From the human T2T-CHM13v2.0 reference genome, Homo sapiens: a stretch of 64,000 nucleotides of DNA. A model generated the notes under the pieces. It was not told where the DNA came from. It did no database searches and saw only the letters and a program-made list of their open reading frames with translations. Both the position numbers and the translations under genes were made by a program. Positions 55,958-64,000 of this stretch are shown here, piece by piece. The stretch lies in assembly GCF_009914755.1 (NCBI RefSeq), contig NC_060928.1. One strand, 5' to 3'. Positions within the stretch are counted from its first letter, which is position 1; each line of letters opens with the position of its first letter.

Positions 55958-57076
55958 GCCACATTCACCCAGATCAATTTGTATGAAGGTCTCGAAATGT
56001 ATGGGGATACGATTCAATAAAAGCTCAAAGAATTTTTGCTTTAAAAGATTTTTAAAGAATCAGACATTTAGAGTGCAGGCTCAGAAAGCACAACATTAGA
56101 CGTAGGTGAAGAAATAACCTTATTAGTATAGGTCTCCTTAACACCTCTAGCTTAAATGGATTTTAAATCAGGAAAAGAAAATATTTCTGAATTGTCAAGG
56201 AATAACAGTCTTCAAAACTGATTCAAATGTAGTCTAACTTTTCAAAGAATTCCGGCTTACATCTAGACATCTGTGTCTCCTTGTCATATGTGATACCACA
56301 TAAAAATAGTGCAGTAAGATATTCTTTCAATTGTGTATTTTAGAAGAGATAAACGAATACAATCACCATTACTGTACTCAATTTTTCACTCTTCATTTAT
56401 CTAAGTGTACATATTTGTAAATTAAGTGAGAAGCCCCCACCTTTTTCATAATAATAACTAAAATCAAGGATATTTATATGTGCCAAGCACAGTTCAATTT
56501 TGTTTTTATTGATACTTTTTATTGATATAAATAAAGAGGATTTTAATTCATATTAGATTTAAATATATAAAAAGTACATACAAGATTTAATTTGGAATGA
56601 ACATTTTTTCCTGTAATGAATATTTTAATTAAGTTAATAAACCCTTAAAAGTAGAGATGATTATAGTCATGTAAATGTGGTTTAAAAAGTAGCTGATGAC
56701 ACTTGAGACACAAAACATTTAATTTAAAAATGAGTCTCCTTTCACACTTAATTTCTTTTTGTCATTGTCTTTTCACAGAAATTAAAAACTTGTATAAAAA
56801 CGGGGTAATTGTTTCCTTCAAATTCATAAGCTTGTGTTTTATAATCTACCATAAAGGTTTCAGTCCATGGTTTATAAGCTTATAATTGTTTGCAGTCACT
56901 GATTATAATTTCATGAATAAAAATTGCTTTAGGTAATCAATCAATAGGAAAACATTATATAAATCCGACTTTTCTCATAATTGGCTTTATAGATGAAGTA
57001 TATAAAAAAGTGAGAAACCTTAATATTGTCTAAAAACTCGGTCATTCCTGACTCTGATTCTCCTTCTGTTGCTTTA

Positions 57077-57098
57077 TGTGTGTGTGTGTGTGTGTGTG
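57077..57098. repeat. (TG)n microsatellite
   Basis: About 11 TG units. Confidence 0.9.
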
Positions 57099-57344
57099 AA
57101 CCAATATCCTTTCATAATGAAAAAATCATTTTTTTTAATGTAGCTGTTCTTTTTGTTTCTTTCAAAGACCCACTTCACTATCCAATGAAAGCAATCTGTG
57201 GCCCTCATTCTCCAAGGGAAATTATGCACAGAATTCAAGCCTAAGACCTCAGTTTGTTGCTAGACCCTGGCTAAATATCTTTTTTCAAATAAAATTTCTT
57301 AATTTGTCTGTTTATACTTGGGATAGATGATGCTTCTTCCTCTG

Positions 57345-57612
<268 letters not shown>

Positions 57613-58179
57613 TCACTAGATAGTTGTTCTTGACTTTTTGTATGCTGCTTCTCCATCTTTTGGAAGAGAGTATCAAGTGGAAACTTACCATTCTGTTGTG
57701 TTTGTTTTTAGCAGTTATTTTGAATATAATGCTACAGCAATAATTAAAACCACACCTATGCATTTGATCCATGAAAAGAAAGTTTCTCAGCACTGCTGCA
57801 GTTAAGTATGAGGTTTAGAGGGTGAAAAATTACTCAAGTTTTTTTGAGTCTGTTTCATTTTTGTGCCACTTTATAATACCTCTATGACTTTCAGATGTAG
57901 TCAGCAGCTTCACCCCACTAAGCGTCATTAATCCTTCTGTGCTGAACATTTTGTATAGTTTACAATTGTCTTACTCTTTACCTAATGCATAGGCAAACAG
58001 ACAACAGTAGTTAAGACACCATAGCAAAGTTTTCACTATGCCAAATTGGGGTAGGTGATGTATTTCATTTATTGGTTCTTTTATTGTTGTTTAAAATTTA
58101 AAAAGTAAAACTTTTTTTTAGGTTAAAGGTTATTTTCAAGATGTTTGCATTACATTCAGCTTCTTCTATGTTCAGCAAT

Positions 58180-58600
58180 ATTCATTTCTTACCCTCTCAT
58201 TGAAGAATAGTGTACTTTTCTCCTACATTGATGTAGGGCTTGGCCAATATAACTTGTTCTGACAGATGGAATGTTAGCAGACATAACCCAGCAGGGCCTT
58301 AAATGTATTGGGATCACATGACTTGGCTTCTGTACCTTGAATGACAACTGTATGCCCCTTTGGTCTGAGCTCCAAAACCTTCACATATGGAGCAGATCTG
58401 AACCCATCCTATAGTGGGGAACCAAGCCAAGTCAACCCACAGCCTGAGGCTGAGGGAATAGCCAAATCCAGCCTAGATCATCCAAATTACAATCAACCTG
58501 CAGGCTTATGACCAAGAGAATAAATGCTTGCTATTGTAAGTGACTGCATCTTGGAGTAGTTTGTTATACCGTGTCATTGTGGCAATAGTCAACTGATAGA
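58180..58600 (+). mobile_element. MLT1-type MaLR LTR
   Basis: GGGCTTGGCCA...ATGGAATGTTAGCAGAC, AGAATAAATGCTTGCTATTGTAAG, GCAATAGTCAACTGATA end. Confidence 0.7.
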
Positions 58601-59169
58601 ACATCTAATATTAGCATTCTTGCATGTTTTCATTATACTCCGATACATGGGTTTAACAAATCAATCTATGTGACAAAGGAGGAAGATTATATCCACATTA
58701 AGATGTACACAGTACAGTGATTTCCGATTCTCAACAGCATTGTCTGGAGTCATCAACATTTTTATTTAAAGGTGATTGTTTTCATAATAACATAATCATT
58801 GAATGTCTTAAAGGATTATTAAAATTTTTAAAAAGTAGTTTTCTACGAGATCAAGCAATAGGGAACTTTTTTAGTTATTTGTTTTCATATCGGAAGTTTT
58901 ACTATGAAATCAATTAATCAATTGACCTTTTATCCCTTGAGAACTTTGTTGTTACTATTGTATGGATGGTGGGGTGGTATATGTATATTTGCACCTTTAT
59001 AGTGTGTGTATGTGTGTGTGTGACATAACTTTGTAGCTAGATATGTTCTTCAAGACAAATGAATTTCATGAATATCGAGAATTTTTTCAAGAAAATAACC
59101 CTAATATGTTACCTAACATCCTGTTGATTAAAGACCAGGCTTTCAAACCAAGGCAACCTAGGTCACAGT

Positions 59170-59305
59170 CCTGGCATGGCTCTTTCTGGCTGCCAACTTT
59201 GGTGATAATAATGTTTAGCTCATAGGTTCATTGTGAGGATAAAGTGTGATCGTGTATATGAGGCAAAGAGCAGAGTGCCTGGGGCACAGAAACTGCTTTA
59301 TTAAA
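59170..59305 (+). mobile_element. MIR fragment
   Basis: CTCATAGGTTCATTGTGAGGATAAAGTG...AGCAGAGTGCCTGGGGCACAG. Confidence 0.55.
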
Positions 59306-60621
59306 TATGATTATTTTAGTTATAATTTATTGGATATTTTCGATTTCTTTCTTTCAAAGACATCATCTGCCTTGTAATGTCTTTGCAACATTTAATATAT
59401 TTAGCATAGCGTGAGGCACTTTGGATGCTCATTTTTTACAATAATATAATAGTTACACAAACTTAAGCTACTGCCCATAAACGTTTCTGGAGTGACTTTC
59501 GAATTGAGGCTTTATGAAGTTAACAAAGAAGAGTTTATAGTATAACTAAAATTGCAATGAGAAGTGAGGACGACATACATTTTAATAGATGTAATTCTGT
59601 TGCACACTGTAAAGGATGTGGTGAGAGTTTTGTGTCTGTCTACCTCCTTCTCACACATAAATTTGAGTGTGACTAAGAGACATGTCCCAGCTAGGCTAGA
59701 TCAACTGAGGACCTCTCTCTTGGTTCAATGTTTATTTGCTTATTTTTATGGCATGCTTTCATTGCCTCTGGCTTTTGTTTATCTGTTTGTGTCAGCACTA
59801 ACTGCACAAAAGTTTCAGAATTTCTTCAAATATCATTTATGTTTTGATTCTACTTGATTCTAGACATTTGTAAGAATTTTGTGTGAAAAAACAGAGGGAT
59901 GTTAATTTTAATATGTCCTTGATTAAAGACTAAACTTTGGATATCGTACCATTATGTGCTTATTTATGGAAGTCTACTTGTCTACAGTAATCTGTTCAAA
60001 AGTGAGCCATCCATTTTACTAAATAATAGAATGGAACTCATGTAATTTTCTCTCTTTATTGAGTTTTTACAGTCTAGGCTCATTGTCATGAGTGAGAATT
60101 TTTCTAGCAAAAGAAAGTGACATGAATATCGTGATAACGAGGGTCATTTCAGCTTACATTGTTAAGAAGATTCCCCTTCTACATAGCATTAGGGATAGTC
60201 CATGGTGTAGCACCATAGCACATATTGTGCAACTCCATAAAAAGTCCCGTATTGGGAGCAGTAACTCCCAGATGTTATTTGTAATTGCTTCACAGCATAG
60301 TGAATTCTACACAAGCACCACATGGTAGTTCATGCAGCAGGAAGTTAAAGGGGAATGTGTTTTTTAAGTGATTTAGTATGAATGTAACTACATATGGAGA
60401 GTAATAGGCAAAGGAAATTTGGAAGAGATTGAATTAGTTGTACATCCTTCCTGGTGACATTCTCAATGAGCCTCAACATGATGGTAGCTCTGAATGTCTC
60501 ATGTACTCTACATCCAAAACGGCTCAGATTAGAAGAGAAAAATGGAAAACCTTGCAATCTAAACTTTATATAATATTTTAATTGCTCCTTAGTATATATG
60601 AGTTCAGGCAATGTTGTAACA

Positions 60622-61091
60622 TATTGCAGCACTATTTACAACAGCAAAGACTTGGAACCAACCCAAACGCCCATCAATGATAGACTAGATAAAGAAAATG
60701 TGGCACATATACATCATGGAATACGATGCAGCCAAAAAAAAGAATGAGTTCATGTCCTTTTCAGGGACATGGATGAAGCTGGAAAGCATCATCCTCAGGA
60801 AACTAACAGAAACAGAAAACCAAACACTGCATGTTCTCACTCATAAGTGGGAGCTTAACAATGAGAACACATGGACACGGGGAGGGGAACCAGGGCCTGT
60901 CAGGGGGTTGGGGGCAAGGGGAGAGAGAGCATTAGGACAAATACCTAATGCACACTGGACTTAAAACCTAGATGATGGTTTGACAGCAGACCACCATGGC
61001 ACATGTATACCTGTGTAATAAACCTGTACTTTCAGCACATGTATCCCAGAACTTAAAGTAAAATAAAATAAAATAAAGTAAAAATAAAAAA
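60622..61091 (+). mobile_element. 5'-truncated primate L1PA 3' end
   Basis: ORF2 C-terminus (MWHIYIMEY...MSFSGTWMKLE), 3'UTR G-rich stretch, CCCAGAACTTAAAGTA and A-rich tail. Confidence 0.92.
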
Positions 61092-62737
61092 TGGCAGGAT
61101 ATCTCTATCCCTGTCAGAGCTCTGATACTGTATAATATTGAATACATTTGCCTCTAAATTTGTTTCCTAATTTGTAAAGTGAAAATAATCATAATTTACA
61201 CCACAGAAGTTAACAGATAATTAATATAAAGTAGGATAGTTCCAGTCATATTGGTGCTCAGTAATTGATAGCTATAAACATTGGTGCCAGAATATGCTGT
61301 GTGCTATAATATGCTGGATACTTGATCACATAAATAAAATTGTATTGTTTGTATAAGTATTATAGAAAACTTTTAATGGCTAAGAGAGAAAAATAAGGGA
61401 GATAAAATAAAAAGGATGAGAAATATATTTATAAATTCATAATTTATAGATATAAATATATAGCAAATAATTTTAATAAATGTTTTAGAGAAAACTGTAA
61501 AATAAATTCTTTTAAAAATTACATATGTATATAAGCAATAAAACTTTAAATAACTCTACATAAGAAATGTTCTTTCAAAAATTCTTGAGGATGTTTCAGG
61601 TAGTTCTCCATGAGGGATTAGTAATAAAATTCTGTTGAAATAATAATGAGGAACACATTTTTTTCCTGACATTTAATCTCTCAGTAACAGGAGAGAGCTA
61701 TATTGTCTCCCATGGCTCCTGAATATTTGCCCCCAGACATGCGTAAAATAGTTGTCATGTTTATAAATTCATTCTTTGTTGTTATTTGAAAGGCATTAAT
61801 AATAGAGTGAAGAACTATTTTTGAACCGTTTCTAGCTGTGTGAAAGTGTTTTTAATCTAATCAAAAAATTAGATGTCCTCAAATGCACTTCTTCCATTGC
61901 TGTCTACTTGTCAATTTCTAATGAAGACCAAAGAAAGTTATTCACTATTTTTTGTGCCTATACTTTGCAATTCCTTAGCATTTCTGAAATAGCTTTTCCC
62001 CTGCAACAATAACAACCTCATAGAATGATGATTTATTCCTCCACTAGCTGTGGCTTCATTCCTTTGATGTTTTGCAGCAAAACTTATCAAATAGTTGTGT
62101 ATATTCTCTGTCTCCAATTTCTCTTCTGGACTTCTCTCTTGAAAATACTTAAATGAGGCCTTTGCCCTCATTGCACTTTCATCTGTTCTTGATAAGGATA
62201 CCAAATGGCTTCATGTTGCTAGATCCTATGGTAATTCTCAGTCTTCCCTTTGCTTGACCTATCCACAGCCTATTATTTTTATAACAGGTTGACCTATTAT
62301 TTGACTAATAAGTTTTCTTCATTTGGTTACAGGAATGTCCAACCGTCCTGATGTTCCTCCTTCTAGTTTCCTTTTCTGGTTCCTCCTACACTCTGCCACC
62401 TCTGATTGTTGAAGTGTCCCAAGACTTCGTTCTTGATGTCTTTTTCTTCTGTAGCTTCACTTAGTCCCTTGGTGATATGTAGTCTGCTGACTTTCATGTC
62501 ATCTAGATGACAGAGACTCCAAGACTTTTATGTCTAGCTCAGATCTTCTCCCAAAATCCAGACTCATATATTCAGTAATGTATTTGTCATCTCCATTTAC
62601 AGGTCTAATGGATAATCCAAACTCAACATATCCAAAACTGAATTCCTGACCCTTGTTCCAAAACCTATTCTGCCACAGCCTTTCCCAGCTTGATTCATGG
62701 AAACTCCATTTTCCAGTTGCCCATGAGTAAAACCTTG

Positions 62738-62827
62738 AACTAATCTACCTCTTCCCTCTATTGTACATTCCACACTTATTTCCGGATTAAGTGTAGGATG
62801 TACAATAGAGGGAAGAGGTGATTAGTT
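62738..62827. repeat. Inverted repeat / hairpin 1 (40-bp arms, 9-nt loop)
   Basis: 62738-62778 pairs with 62788-62827: one bulge, two substitutions, 22-bp perfect core ACCTCTTCCCTCTATTGTACAT. Confidence 0.95.
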
Positions 62828-62828
62828 A

Positions 62829-62992
62829 TAAAATGGTAAAAACCAAATTGACTTCCTGTTGTCTACCTCTGCAAATGAAGAATACCAAAGTATAGATATT
62901 TCTATACCTATACCTGTAGAAATCTCTATACTTTGGTATTCTACATTTATAGAGGTAGACACCAGGAAATCAGTTTGGTTTCTAGCATTTTA
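62829..62992. repeat. Inverted repeat / hairpin 2 (76-bp arms, 12-nt loop)
   Basis: 62829-62904 pairs with 62917-62992 without gaps, 67 of 76 positions complementary by hand count. Confidence 0.95.
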
Positions 62993-64000
62993 ATGCAAAA
63001 TCCCATCACTTCTTGCCACCTCTACATCTCCACTCTAGTCTGTGCTAACATCATTCTCTGACCTGGGTTATGCAATAACATTGTATCTGGTCTCTGAGAT
63101 TTCACTCTTTTCTTCCCAGTCCTTTCTAGTAGCCAAAGTGGTTCTTTAAAATATGTCACATCATATCATTTCTCTGTGAAAAACCCAACAATGTCTCTGC
63201 ATTTCTCACAGAACAAAAGCCAAGGTGCTTATGGTGATCCATTTGGCATTACCTAATTTGCCCCCTTTTTTTAATTAACTGCCTGACCTACTCTCTGACA
63301 ACTCTTCCCCTCATTACTGCCGCAGTCAGTACACTGGTGCCTTCCTTATCCTTGAACCTGCCAAGTGCATTCCTGATTTACAGAAGTGGCTATTCCATCT
63401 ATCTGGAAGCCTCTTCTCCTAAATATCCTGATAACTAATATTTTCACCTCCTCAAAAGCCTACCTTGACTACATTATTTAAATTTGCATCCTGAAATACA
63501 ACATCACCCTCCACTTACGTTTTAGTAATATTTATCATTGCCTAATATATCATGTATTTACTTACTTATAATTTTTTCCTCTACTTTCCTGCTAGAATGT
63601 AAGCTCTAAAAAGGTAAACATCTCTGTCTATTTTATTCACTCATGTATACTAAATGCTTAGAACCATGCATAGTACATAGTAACCACTCAAGAAATGTTT
63701 GTTAAATGAATGAATTAGGTACAGTAAGGGATAGTTTGATTTAATGGAAACCACTGTCTCTTACAATTATAAAAAGCAAAGCAAAACTATAGTAAGCAAG
63801 ATACTCTATATCCGTATCTTGATATAGAGCATTGAAGCATTGAAGGCAAGTTACTTACATGCCTCAGCTTTGTTGAGATACAATTAATGTACAAAAACTA
63901 TACATATTTAATGTATACAAAAAAAGATTTTGTAGGTGATGGAGATGTTAATTACCTTGATTGTGGTGATAGTATCATGAGTGTATATATATATGTCCAA

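Larger units (their letters stand above)
61950..63715 (+). mobile_element. L2 LINE remnant (L2a-like), interrupted by two hairpins
   Basis: CTTCATGTTGCTAGATCCTATGGT, CAAACTCAACATATCCAAAACTGAA, CTAGAATGTAAGCTCT, 3' end AAATGTTTGTTAAATGAATGAAT. Confidence 0.8.

Noticed and set aside
60698-60964. 88-aa ORF
   Set aside because: C-terminal end of L1 ORF2 reading into the 3'UTR of a truncated L1PA

Overview
This is gene-poor, AT-rich mammalian genomic DNA, almost certainly human because it carries an AluYb8. I recognise no intact protein-coding gene, and nearly all ORF-track entries are repeat-derived or chance ORFs. The main contents are: (1) a two-LTR HERV9/LTR12 provirus on the minus strand (8546-18045) with decayed gag-pro-RT-RNaseH, no recognisable integrase and an env TM remnant; (2) a dead processed pseudogene of UBE2N (about 18932-20470, minus) with a young AluYb8 in its 3'UTR; (3) a long old L1M remnant with nested LTRs; (4) many Alu, MIR, L2, MaLR, solo-LTR and DNA-transposon fossils. 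The structures these features do not explain are two back-to-back long hairpins inside an L2 (62738-62992), a composite inverted plus direct local duplication (6525-7229 and 18200-18433), and some repeat-free motif-dense blocks that look like enhancers. I cannot support a new biological system from the sequence alone. Repeat subfamily names come from memory of consensus sequences, and boundaries of old repeats are approximate.
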